A DNA stretch of 64,000 nt from Auanema rhodensis (taxonomy: Eukaryota; Animalia; Nematoda): contig OZ059896.1 in the NCBI GenBank assembly GCA_964057225.1, positions 10,974,001 through 11,038,000 on the forward strand, in the 5' to 3' direction. The position numbers and the translations under genes were made by a program. Positions 14,672 to 26,939 of the stretch are shown piece by piece (the stretch's first letter is position 1; the number at the start of each line of letters is the position of its first letter). The notes under the pieces are model-generated. The model was not told the DNA's origin. It worked only from the letters and a program-made list of their open reading frames with translations, and did not search any database.

Positions 14672-16799
14672 CTAGTCAGAGTCAGAGTCATTATCTTTAG
14701 GTTCAGAAACATCTTTGGTTAATTCCAGAATATGCGAAACAGCACGAACACGGCCATCGTCTCCAACTGTTCCAGGTTTTATAACACCTGCCAAAGTTTA
14801 TTTTGCAAATTTAAAACATATAATACTTACCTGCATCCATTAATTTGTTCATGGCTTCAACTAGCTTCATTGATTCGTATTCCTTCTGTTCGTCAGTCAT
14901 ATTAATGAAAGGATTAGTAACTTCCTCTCTAAGATGACCAGTAACAGGATTGATTCTGAAAAGGGAATTGAAAAGTTTAAATTCGATCGTCTTATAATAC
15001 TTGTCTTCGACAGCAGCATAATCTTCAGTTTCTGAATCTTCGCTATTCTCCTCACTTTGCTTGCTATTGATAAAGCCAAGCAAACCAGAATTAGCTAATA
15101 AGCCAGCCGAATGACCAAATCCAGTATACTTTATCATTCTTGGTACTAAATAATAACTTTACAATTTTGCATAGGAAAATAATACGAACCTGAACGTTTG
15201 CATAACACAAACATGAATTCACTGGCTAGTTGGTTGATCCTGTGCACATTGATCATAACGCGGACTAACTTATTTCTCATGGAATCTCCTTGATCCGGCC
15301 TTCGGGTTACGTCAACTTCTCGAAGAGGAGGAAGAATCTGAGAAAACATCTTAGAAACGATAAAAAAATAAATCATACCTGCAGTCGAGTGTAGCGTCTA
15401 ACCTTGCTTGAGGCAATACAATACAGAAGTAAGAAGGTGAGAACAACACCGGCTAAATCGTAGTCCATCTGTTAAGAAATATTATATATAAAATTCTTTT
15501 AAAAATTCCAAGAAACGTACAGAGTCTAAGCGTTGTTCAAGTAGTTTGATTGCTCTTTGGACAACAGTCATATCAAAACCATCAAACAAGACCGCAGAAT
15601 TATTCTGAAAATAATATTTTTGATAAAATAATAAATGCTACAACTTACAGATTTATTTAGGTTATTACTCAGAACAAACAAGCGATCTTCATGTACTTTT
15701 ATTACTGTGCATAGGTTACACATTTGTTGAACTACTTCAAAATTGGTTCCCAATTCAGAAGATACAATCATTCGAAATATATCAACCAATTTCTTTTCAT
15801 TCTATAATATCTTTCTTGATAACTTAATCAGTATATTTCAAAAAACTTACATCATCACCGATAGATGACTTACTTAAAACATTGAAAAGAAATTTGGAGA
15901 ATTCAATGAAAAGATTTCCATCCTCCTTAAAAAATGAAAACTATTTGAGAAACTGATATATTTAAATACCTTATGAATAGGTTTTTTCACCCAGTCTGGA
16001 TTAAAATATGCTTTGATTGGATCAAAAATGCCCTTACTAAACTCTCCAGAACACCAATCATCCTGAAAATATTTTTGATATATACATAACTATTAATATG
16101 CTTACCTGTACTTTATTTGGTTGAGCAGTTAATAAGAAAAGAACTCTTATCATCATTATTAGAGGCGTTCTATAACAAGTATGGATAGGATTTGCAACTA
16201 CCAAATCGCACAAGTCTAGATAGCGCTTGTATACAGCATGCTGATTGAATTCACTTAAAATAAATAAGATGATACAAACACAAATATGGGTTTAAAAACC
16301 TGAATTGTTGAATCATAAGCTGACTATGAAAAGTAGCATTCACTAAGCAAGATAGAGCCTCAACTAGACCAACTAAAAATCAATTAATATGCATAACTAG
16401 AGTAATGATTATCTTACCTGGAACAACATCTGGAGTGAGCGGTGTTTTCGATTCGTCAAAAGCCCAAGAAAGTGTGAAAAGGCCAACATTACTATTTTCA
16501 TATAGAACTTCCAAGTGATTTTTATCTCTTGCAATCAACCGAATGAGATTTAAAACTTCTGCGGCCAAACACGCATTTATTGATGTTCTTGCATATAACA
16601 TATTCACGTACTCGGCTAAAGCCTAAAAACACTAAAGTTGGAAAATAAAAAGAAAAAGTTCTACCTTTCTAGTAAAATAGTCCAAGTGAGAGAAATCTTT
16701 AGAGTTGTTATACTTTTGAACATATGTTTTAAAGAAATTTATAGCTTCTTCATCTGAAGCAGAAAATAGATTTCTAATTGATGATTCCTCCAAGCTCAT
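14672..16799 (-). CDS. ric-8: RIC-8 / synembryn, G-alpha guanine exchange factor and chaperone (multi-exon)
   Basis: Signature motifs [70 protein letters not shown] and the C-terminus [11 protein letters not shown]...DSDSD*. The ATG directly follows a ttacag acceptor. Confidence 0.95.
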
Positions 16800-17029
16800 C
16801 TGTAATTGATATTAAGATATTAAGAAACCAATTTGAAAACGAAACACTGTGCTCATACAGAAATTGATTAATGAAAAGCATTACTACATCACCAAGGAAA
16901 CGAAAGCGCAGATAACAAGTAGTCGGGTATTAACCGAAGAACATATGTAAAAGGAAAAAATTGAGCTTTATTTACTATAGACTATAATCCCCTAAATCAA
17001 TTTTCATATTTCCGTGATTAGACAAAAAT

Positions 17030-17376
17030 CTAAGCATTGGTTTTAGGAAGAACATCAGGCTTCTTGGTGGTTGGCTGTGGAACACGGTCTTTGGCCATTG
17101 TAATCTGAAATACAGTTAAATTTAGAATATTATTTATTATAAACTACCTCAGAATCATAATACGAATACTTGTTCATCTTCAAGTAATCATCACATTTAT
17201 AAAGAGACCAATCTGGTTTACCACCTAAATAATATAGACCTCCAAATGTATCAATATCATACTTTACTACCTCCAGATTTTTTCATGGCATCAGCATGTT
17301 CTATTCCAGTAGGGAATTTTGGAGCAGCTGATGCATACCCACGAGCAATTCTAGGTAAAATAGCCAAACGAAGCAT
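17030..17376 (-). CDS. NADH:ubiquinone oxidoreductase flavoprotein 3 (NDUFV3)-like, 85 aa, 3 exons
   Basis: Spliced protein MLRLAILPRIARGYASAAPKFPTGIEHADAMKKSG/GGKPDWSLYKCDDYLKMNKYSYYDSE/ITMAKDRVPQPTTKKPDVLPKTNA*. It has an Arg-rich mitochondrial presequence and the NDUFV3-type Y..YSYYD.E..M.K.R.PQP motif. Introns are GT-AG. Not present in the ORF track. Confidence 0.8.
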
Positions 17377-17895
17377 ACCTGAAAGTATCAATACAATAAG
17401 GTTTTTGATAAAAAAATTATGATTTGATGAATAGGGCAGAATAGAGCGAAATAATTTACAAAAAAAATATTATTGAAGATCAATCTGTTATATTGATTCA
17501 TCAGAAAAATATATTTCAGAAGAAGCATAAGATCCATTAATAATAATTAAATATATAATATATTTTATAATTTAGAGTAAAATTAAGCAATGCGATCGAA
17601 ATTCGTTATGAAGAATATGTGACGACATATTGCGACTTTCTGAGAAAACTTATATATTATTTAAATTTAAAAATCTATTTTTTTCCTTAGTTATATTTGT
17701 AACTTTATATTTCTATTGAAAAAAATTAAACTGTTGAATTTCAAGTTGAAAAAAAAGAATTGAATTTATTTTTTCACTAAAGCATGGTAGTTTCGCTTAT
17801 AAGTAACTCAAATTTTATTTGAAGACTTGAAGACGGTTTACAAGACTGTCTTATTAGTTTCAATTTTTTAATTTAATTTTATATTGTAGAATTCT

Positions 17896-18919
17896 ATGCC
17901 TTACACAATTTCAAATTTTAAAGTTTCCTTGGATGAGCTGGTGGGAAAACCATTAGCTGATGAAAGGAGCTCTAAGGACCAATTCAGACAAATATGTAAG
18001 TAAAATTTTGGTATCTTTTCATTGTATTCATTAGGTTTCAAGAGTGGTGTTTTTGATGGAAAAAGAGGTTCAGCCTATGTTGAGTTTGGAGAAACTAAAG
18101 TATTATCACAAATGTGAGTTATAAATTAATATATGATAATAAATATTAAATCTTTATAGCAATGGTCCTAGAGAATATTCAGACGGAGATTATCATAGCT
18201 GTTCTGTCAAAGTTTGTTTTCATTCTTTCCAGGGTTTAAATCAATTCGTAGAATGAAATATTATTAGCCTAATGTATTTTATTTAGGTAGTTATAAAAGG
18301 ATTTACTAATGACAAGATCAGAGCTCAAATTGAAAGTGCTATGTCAGGTTGTATACAGTTAAATAAGTATGCTAAAAGTGAAATAGAGATTGAGGTTCGA
18401 ATTATTGATCTTCTGTACGTATATTTTGTTTTTGCTAATGTTTTAGATCTCGGTTATAAAATGTGCGGAAGGTGTGCTTCAAGCTGCTATTGTGTCCTCT
18501 TGTTTGGCTTTGATTCATGCTGGAATTGAAGTGCGATAAAACAAAACGATTTGATATTTAAATTGTTATTTTACAGTTATGGGATATTGTGGTTGCCGCT
18601 CATGTCATAGTTAACGAAGATGAAACATTTACTCTTGATCCTTCAATTATTCCACCAAAAAGTAAAGCTTCCGTGACAGTAGGATTGATGCCACAAAGAA
18701 ATCAGGTAAATTTGATTAGTGTATCTCAAGATTTTAACTGACATAGTGATGTTACCTAAAATTTTGATGCATACAAGTTATTCATTTCAGATAGTTTGTA
18801 CTGATATCCGTGGCGCTTTGACTTCTCGCATTGTGAATGAAGTAATTCGTTTCGCTACTTTAAAAGCAAATTTACTTTGTCCAGTTGTGAGAAGCGCTAT
18901 ATTATCAAGTTTACAATAG
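17896..18919 (+). CDS. RNA exosome core subunit, RNase PH family (MTR3/EXOSC6- or RRP41-like)
   Basis: Spliced exons give FRQICFKSGVFDGKRGSAYVEFGETKVLSQINGPRE, KYAKSEIEIEISVI, LALIHAGIELWDIV and FTLDP, and end CPVVRSAILSSLQ*. Confidence 0.88.
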
Positions 18920-21591
18920 TTATTTATCAAATTGAATATTTTTATGATTTGAAACGCCCAATATATCAGAATCCTGTTAGTAATTCCCATTGTTATTGTA
19001 TGTTGTTAATTGTTAAGAATTTTCATTTTAAATTGTTTTGTTGTATATGATTATCAATTTTACTTCATGGAAAAGTGTTTCTTTTATGCTTCGTTTTCCC
19101 GAAATATTTCCAGTTATGAAGCATCTACGTAAGAAATCAAAGATTACTGGTTCACACTCGTTGATATGATTTTTCAACTTTGTATAAAACCGCAAAGTGT
19201 ACTGAAAGTTCATATACAAGTATTCACCATCAGCGCACGTGCTCAATAGTTTGAATTCTTTGTTTGAACATGTTTTCTCTTTTGAGATTAGCATTATTTG
19301 TTTTTATTATTAGCATCATGTGAGAATTTTTATTTAAAATCAGGAGGCTAATTAGGAATCATTAGAATGCATTCCATCATGTGAATATTGTTTTGAATCT
19401 TATTTATATAATATATTTGAAGGGAAAATAGAAACTGCTAGAAATAATAATTCATCCAAAAATTTCATAGTTTTGGATTCTTTTTTGAAATCATTTGATT
19501 TTCTTATGTACATTCATCAACTGAAAATCAGCTGACATGGAAATAATGAATCACAAGCCTTCATTTTTACACCTAATGGTTGCCTTAAGTCTCAGAAGTG
19601 ACCCTTCGTAACAAAAGAGACTTGAAAAATCAAGAAAAGTTTCAATTCAAGAAATATATTTTCTTGATAATTTTTTTTGAGAAATTCTTATCTAATTTAT
19701 ACCCTCGTTTTAATTTATTTAATTCAGCAACTGTTGTATCTTATCTCTTGTTTCCTTAAAATTGAACCCAAAAATCAGAGGGTGGCCCCATGTTTTTGGT
19801 TTTTCTCATTATAAAATATTCAAACTCAAAAATTGTTTTGAGATCAATAGAAAAAAATATTAAGAAAAAAATTTTTTGTTCAGTCCCCTTATAGCAATTT
19901 TACGTCATCTTTAGTCACAAGATCCATGCGCAAGATTGTATTACCCGTGTTGTGTCCTGACCCGTATGTCCATAGGTTATAGAAGATAGCTACGGACAAC
20001 TAACAACAGTTTTATTTTTCATATTTTGGAAGATTAATCTATTTTTAATTCCATCTTGCTTCTGTTTAGAGTTTTTTTTCTTTTTAAAACACTGAGAAAA
20101 CTTTGTTCGATTTTGATAAGATTTCATTGGGTCATAAGCCTTCTTTATTTCCTCTCAAAATTTTCTCGCAATTTTTCTTATCAATGTCGATTTTTGTCCT
20201 GTGTTTTTCAATCAAAGTATATGCATTTATTCATTAAAAAGTACTTTTTGTCATCGAATACCGGCTAACAAACAAGTTATCCTGCATTCTTAAACAATAT
20301 TTTTACAACTTCGAGATTTGGACCCTTTTTATCAAATTTCTTTTGGTCCAACAACCAGCATTTATATGAAATGTTTGATGAACAATTATTATTTTTGAAA
20401 TATATTACTTGTATTGAAAATTGTTTTAGGAAGTATTAATCTAATGTATTTCGTAAAAACAACATTCTTTGATCAAAGAAACCAGCTTCGATTCTTTGAT
20501 ATAACTTATGGAAGAATTGAATTTAATTGATAAGAATATGATATGAAATCAGTAGTAAATTGAGGCTGAAACTCAACACTTCTATCTTAATCAGATGGTT
20601 TAGGCATCTAGTTTTGATTGTTCCTGAAATGACCTTCTCTCCAAATTTTGTCGTTGTTCCTTGAAACGTGCAGTTCAATTTCCTAACCTTATCAAATGGG
20701 TTTTCGTTTAATCTCTGTCAGAAAGAAGAACAATCTTTTGCAAGAGTATTCAATTAGCTTTTGGGCAGGCCAGACCCTCCCACCTGGTGGTGATGGGCAC
20801 AATCTTTTGCCCAGACGAGTTGTGGTGGGTTGATGTTTTGCTTGAACACTATGCTTATTTTAAAGAGAAAACTGATTTCTTGACAACATTACTAAGTACT
20901 TTCAAATATCAGAATGCTTTCGATTCCAGTTTTCTCAATACGACTTAAGTAAATGCTGTTCTCAAAACCTCTATTTTGCTGAAAAATGACTTATAAGTAA
21001 AGACACAACTATATTCCATTTATATATATTTTTTTATTTTCGTTATTGAATAGGCTAGCTTACAGATCACAACTATCTGAATAATTTTATAAACGTTGTT
21101 CCATTGTTTAGCTTTTCTTTTCATGTTATTTCACATTTATTTCAGAATTTGTTCCTTTCAAAGTTCTCTAGTCATATGATACTGTTTTCTAATACATGTT
21201 TGCTGATTTTTTTCTTCGAAATGAATTTACAACATGAACTGTCAAACAATTGTGGATATTTGACAGTAACCTCGAAATATCACCATCTAGCTCATAGATA
21301 ACAAGAAAATAACTGCACGTTATTGAAGATCAAAAACTTAAAAAACATTACCAAAAGACCGTTCAGTAGCCTGTAATCATGTTCTTTATTTTTTCCTTTT
21401 CAAAGACCTATTTCTGTGTTAAAAAAAATTCTTTTGTAAGAATTGAATCCAAGCAATCCAATTTCTTTTTGATTTATTGTTGTCTTCTTCAATATTTTTA
21501 AAATATTTTCTATTCTATAACAACATATATGTTAAATAATTTTTTTAAGGTTCAATTTAGTCAATTCGATTAAGTTCAAACTAAAATTAAG

Positions 21592-24009
21592 ATGATTAGC
21601 CTGACAACTTTGTATGGGATTTCGATTCTAGTAGCTTATATGACAACTACTCTTCTAATTTTATGTAAAAAAAGCTGGGGTTAGTAAAATGATTTAATAA
21701 ATAAATAAAAATAATAATTTATATGATTTCAAATTTGAATATTTAGGTCATTTACCGCATATATATGTGAGCTTAGTACAATATATTCAAGACACATTGA
21801 CTATAAATAAAAATATGGATGTTGATAATAATAATAGTCATACGATGTGTGTAGGACGACAACATTTGACTCCAAATTATTTAAAAAAAAGTAAGTGATC
21901 ATCATCTTTAGTTTTTTTAAAAATAATAATTTTGTTTAGATAATGTTAATCAACCTTTTGATGCATCTATTCAACTTTTATCAAATGGAATTGAATCTAT
22001 TCTTCAGGTTAGTATATAAACCTATAGTTAATAAAAAAATAATCAAATTTGAACATTTTATTTCAAATAATTTGGAATTCTTAATAGCATTTATAACTTT
22101 TATAACAATGTTATTATATTATTAATATTTATTCCTATAAAAAATCTTTGGTTAAAGTATCAAAGAAATTAAGGTAGTTAGAGGTGTTAATCCTAAGAAA
22201 AACTTTAAAAATCTTATCTTTTCCTAGAATAGATAAGAAACTTAATATTCGAACAGCCCACGTTGCCTGCACCTTATCATCGTTATGTGTGTGTACTATG
22301 TTCCATTTTCCTCATTTCTGAAAGAAGTAAAAAAAATTATCTTCAAATATAACATTTGAAATTGAATATCAGAAAATAATATATATGTATAAGATAAGAT
22401 AATAACAAAAATTAAATGACATGAAGGTAGAAACAATCATTCGATATTCGTTATCTTCATACAAAATGTGTTACGCTCAGCAAAATGGCTAGTTTTCTTT
22501 AAACCCATTTCAAAGATTGTACAAAGAACAATGTACAAGTAATTTGTTACTTAAATATATTCTATAAACAATATCTATATTATATCTATATAATATTTCT
22601 ATTTCTATTTATTATTTAATTAATTTAGGATGATGTTTCACGGCCTTTTTTGGCTGCTCCAGCTCAGGGTTGGTGGATGCTAACATGGCCCAGATTTTAC
22701 GCTGACGAACCAATCCCACTTCAACTTTTAGGACTCTACTTTGCAGGAATTGTGTTCAGGTAAATAAAATATATGAGTTTAGACAAAATCAAAACATTTT
22801 GACATTGTTTCAGATGGTTTTTCCTTTTCCCAGTCCGTGTTCTGCTTTTGATCACATCAGTTGTCTGGATAATAGGATGTGGAATTATTTGTAACATTGT
22901 ACAAGTTGATAAATCTACAGGTTTTTTAAAATATTTCTATTTATAGTTAATATAAATTATATTGATTTAAGCAATGTATTTTGGAATAACATTCTCTCGT
23001 CTATTCAATGCTAGCACTGGCTTGGTAACAAAATCACATCATGATGAAAATCGTGCCAAAAGTCCAGGTAAAGATACAAATACAGAAATATAATTTTATT
23101 TCTTTTAAAGAAAAATAAATAAATATATATATATAGTTAACATTTTTTAGGAATTGCAATTTCAAATCATTTATCAGCCAATGATATCATGGTTCTGTAT
23201 GGTGATTGTTTATATGATGGCATTGGTATTTCAAAATTATTATCTATTATTTTTTATTTTTTTCATTTTTTAGGATATACTGTAACAGGTCAAAGTCATA
23301 AAGGATTCATAGAAACACTTCAAAAGTTTGGTTCTAATTTAACTCCAACTTTATGGCTTAATAGAGAAGATCAAGCTCAACGTAGTAGTTTCCAGGTTAA
23401 TATTATTATAATATTATTTTGATATATTCATCTTCTTTATTAAATTGTATAAAAAATATTATTTTAGAAACAAGTAATGGATTACTCAAGCAAATCTTCT
23501 GTATATCCTGTTTTATTATTTCCTGAGGGGTACTGTACCAACAATGATACTGTATTACAGTTCAGAAAAGCTATATTCACTGGTGAAGTACCAATATATC
23601 CAATTGCTCTTCTTCAAAATGCTAGGTAAAATATCACAAAAGTTATATATACATATCTATTTATAATGATATTTAAGAGTTGGAGATGCTTTCTGGAGAG
23701 AAGACACTTATATACCATATATGCTTCGTGTTATGAGTTCTTGGGCTACATATTATGATATTACATATCTTCCACCTATGGTTAAAAAACCCTCAGGCTA
23801 GTACAGATTAATGATGAAAGATTGTAATATTCTTATTTTTAGAAGATTCTGCTGAATTTGCTGCTCGTGTTCAAGGAGCAGTAGCTCGATCAATTGCCAA
23901 AGATGTTCTTCCTTACGATGGAGGAATGAAAAAGGAGAGAGATCGTGTCAAATATCTCTCAAAGATTCAAACAGCTATATATGAAAATTTCATGTCATCC
24001 ACAGCATAA
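21592..24009 (+). CDS. Glycerol-3-phosphate/lysophospholipid acyltransferase (PlsC domain, divergent GPAT3/4 acl-type)
   Basis: N-terminal TM segments, catalytic HX4D motif (SNHLSAND), GQSHKG, LLFPEGYCTNN..VLQFRKAIF, GDAFW, MSSWA, YLPPM and FAARVQ. The last intron requires a GC donor (23797-23842). Stop at 24007-24009. Confidence 0.9.
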
Positions 24010-24729
24010 TTTATATGACAAGATTTTTTTTCTCTTTTATATCAAAAAAAAAGTCATAATTTAGAAGATTGAACAGTTTTTCATTAACTTATTTTATCTT
24101 CAATTTACTAGTTCAATAAGCTTTTTTTCAATTTTAGCTTATCAATTTCAATTTCTTTAATATTCTTTTGAATTTCAGTAATATATAGCTGCTGGGTCAG
24201 CTAATAAACTGCTGAACTATTATAGCTCTTCTAATCACAGTAATTATAACTTCAAAAACAAACAAAAAAAGAAAGAAAGAAATTCGAAAAGTTATTCTCT
24301 AAAATCTTTGAAATTTCCTCACTTTTCCTTCGTTTATGATCATATCATTGCCATATTACAAAATATTCATTCATATTTGTTCATTGTTTATTATGAATAT
24401 TTTGCTTATCTCGTTCGTAAGAACAAAAAAATTATATTAAAACATAATAAATGAAAATTATTTTTTTTCTTGTTACATAGAATTAAGAAAATAAAATAAC
24501 TTGAAACATTATTATGAAGCTGATTTTTAAACTCAAAACTAATAAAAGATTGTAAATCAGATACAAAGAAAAGCCATTTTAGTATCCATTTATGGATAGT
24601 AACGAATAATAGTTGAATTTATAAATTATTTTTCAATAATGTTATGAAGAAATGTACAACAAAAATATTTTGAAATAAAATTATTTTATTTCTTTTTCTT
24701 TTTCTTTTTTTTTTGGAAAAAAATGGAAT

Positions 24730-26488
24730 TTAAGCCGTACTTGCTGATTGTGATGGATGACGAATGCGAGAAGATGATGCACGGTTGAGATCAGCTCGAA
24801 GGAAATAGACATATAGTGGAACAAGTGGAAATTGTAAAAGATATAGAACATATGCTACTGCATCAGCCCATAGGAACATGCGAGCTTGATCTTCACCACG
24901 TGATTGTAAATGTATGAACTCGTCAAGTATCTGAAACGATAAAAAAAATGTTTTTGAACTACTTGTTCAAAATTATTCATCAAGTTTTTGTGAATAAAGT
25001 AGTAAGTTGAACTTACTCTAAGGCTGTAATTTGGCAAGTTTAAAAGAAGGTTGATTGTAGCCATTAGTAAACATCGTCGAATTGCTTGAGTTCTACGATG
25101 TTCAGAATCCTATAAGACATTGATCTTTTATAATTATAGAATTAATGAAACAAACTATTATATTTTTCTGAGAAACAATTTTCATATATGTTGGACTTTG
25201 TTTTTGATGATCAACACTTATAGTTTCAGCAGCTATCAAAGCGAATTCAGTTTGACATGGATTCCTCAATATCAATACTGATATATCAGTTATAACAGTT
25301 AATATAAATGGAATGAAAAAGGTAACAATTGATTCTAAGACAACAATAACTTGTAAAGTTGTTCCTCTAAATGATAAATATTTATAATATCAATTATTTA
25401 TTTATTTATAAACCAACCCAAATCTTTGGTCAACGCCACAATATGCGCCCTGTGCACCATCAGTATTGACTGTTAGCTCTGTAGTTAGTACCGGTGTCCA
25501 TATTTGTGTCAAAAGAGAAAATCCTAGTACACTTAAATATTATATAATTATATATTTTATATAATATTTATATAATATATATATATACCACATAATTGAA
25601 AAATATCCATGAAGATATTTACTATTCCTTCTTGATCTCATTGGACAAAACACGTACACACATCTCTAGAAAACAAAGAAAAAACATATGTGAATGAGAT
25701 TGAGATGATGAAACAAAATGTAAAATTGAAATTTCTTTAAGAATATATGGTTTATTATACTCATTTTTCTCGTTATCTTCCCTTTGCAAAATGAAATAAA
25801 CGCTGAAATAACTATGGTAGTAGACTTGATGAGATATTAGAAATGCTATTTCACTCTTTCATGCATTTGTAAAAGTTTGATCCATTTCTGTCTCATGTGG
25901 AGAATCAATTAATTTCAAAATTGTATGTAATATTCTAGTATGGAACTACTTCAAGAATTATATAACATATGTATATAGTTTAGGATTAATATTAACAAAT
26001 ATTCACCTGAAAATACATAACAACGTATGTCCAATGTATAAAACAACTGGATGCATCCACTATATAACTGGATAGTTTACACATTGTAGGTCCATGGAAT
26101 ATTCCTCAAATAATCAAAATAATAAATTTATAATTATATTTATATAAATACCTGCTAATACTGAGAAACTTTCTATTAAGACAGTAATACATATAGTGAA
26201 TAAAAGAGTAAAATTTCCTAATATGATTGCAATTAAACATGCATAATACTGACTTTTTCTAAATATTTAAAAATAAATTGACATATATGTATATATATAA
26301 ATATATTTTAATGATTAAACTATAAATAGAAAATAGAATAATATGTATTACCTGTGTCTTCGTAATGAAAACAGACAGAATGGCAAGAGAGGAAGAGTTA
26401 TAAAACAGACAAATATTACTGATATAAATAAAAGTCTAGATGAATATATCCATTCTTGGAATACAGATTCTTCAAGAGCATATACCAT
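24730..26488 (-). CDS. Rhodopsin-type 7TM GPCR, resembling the nematode AEX-2/AEXR neuropeptide receptor group (8 exons)
   Basis: The spliced product has seven hydrophobic helices. TM3 reads MCKLSSYIVDASSCFIHWTYVVMYFQR, with QR at the DRY position. ECL2 has a Cys (AYCG), TM5 is ESIVTFFIPF, TM6 is NLLLNLPNY and TM7 is LYLLQFPLVP. The AEX-2 resemblance is from memory only. Confidence 0.82.
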
Positions 26489-26939
26489 TCGTTTTTTTAA
26501 TAATCAACTATTGATACTGTAATAAAATAATTTTATATAATATAAATAAATAATAATAATATAGAATAGTTATAAAGATAATATTTTTATATTTTAGTTG
26601 AGAAAATATTAAAAAATATTCTATAAATCAAAGAATATGCTTATAAAGATATGGGATACTTGTAGTAATAAGTGGTTGATCGCAGTTCATATACGACAAG
26701 GAAAAAGGACATGTCAAAGTTGAGAAAGCTTTAAAATTTTGATGTGTGCAAGAGCTAAAAAGATATTTCTTTAGATCCATTTTTTTTCTCTTAATATTTA
26801 AAATATAGTGAGAAGTGAAAAAAATGGGAAAATAATCTAATTTTATCATATAAATCATATGATATATTCTATAAATATTTTTATTAAAGAATAAAATATA
26901 AGAGAAGGTCATCGAGTATAACATGTATGTTAGTATGTA

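Noticed and set aside
19028-19294. 88-aa minus-strand ORF downstream of the exosome gene
   Set aside because: No recognisable motif, splice structure or signal peptide, and it overlaps the likely 3' flank.
20090-20900. Possible decayed hAT transposase on the minus strand (fragments IVPITTRW, KIARKF, KVFS in plausible order)
   Set aside because: The fragments lie in different frames with many stops, and I found no TIR or 8-bp TSD. It cannot be supported without a translated search.
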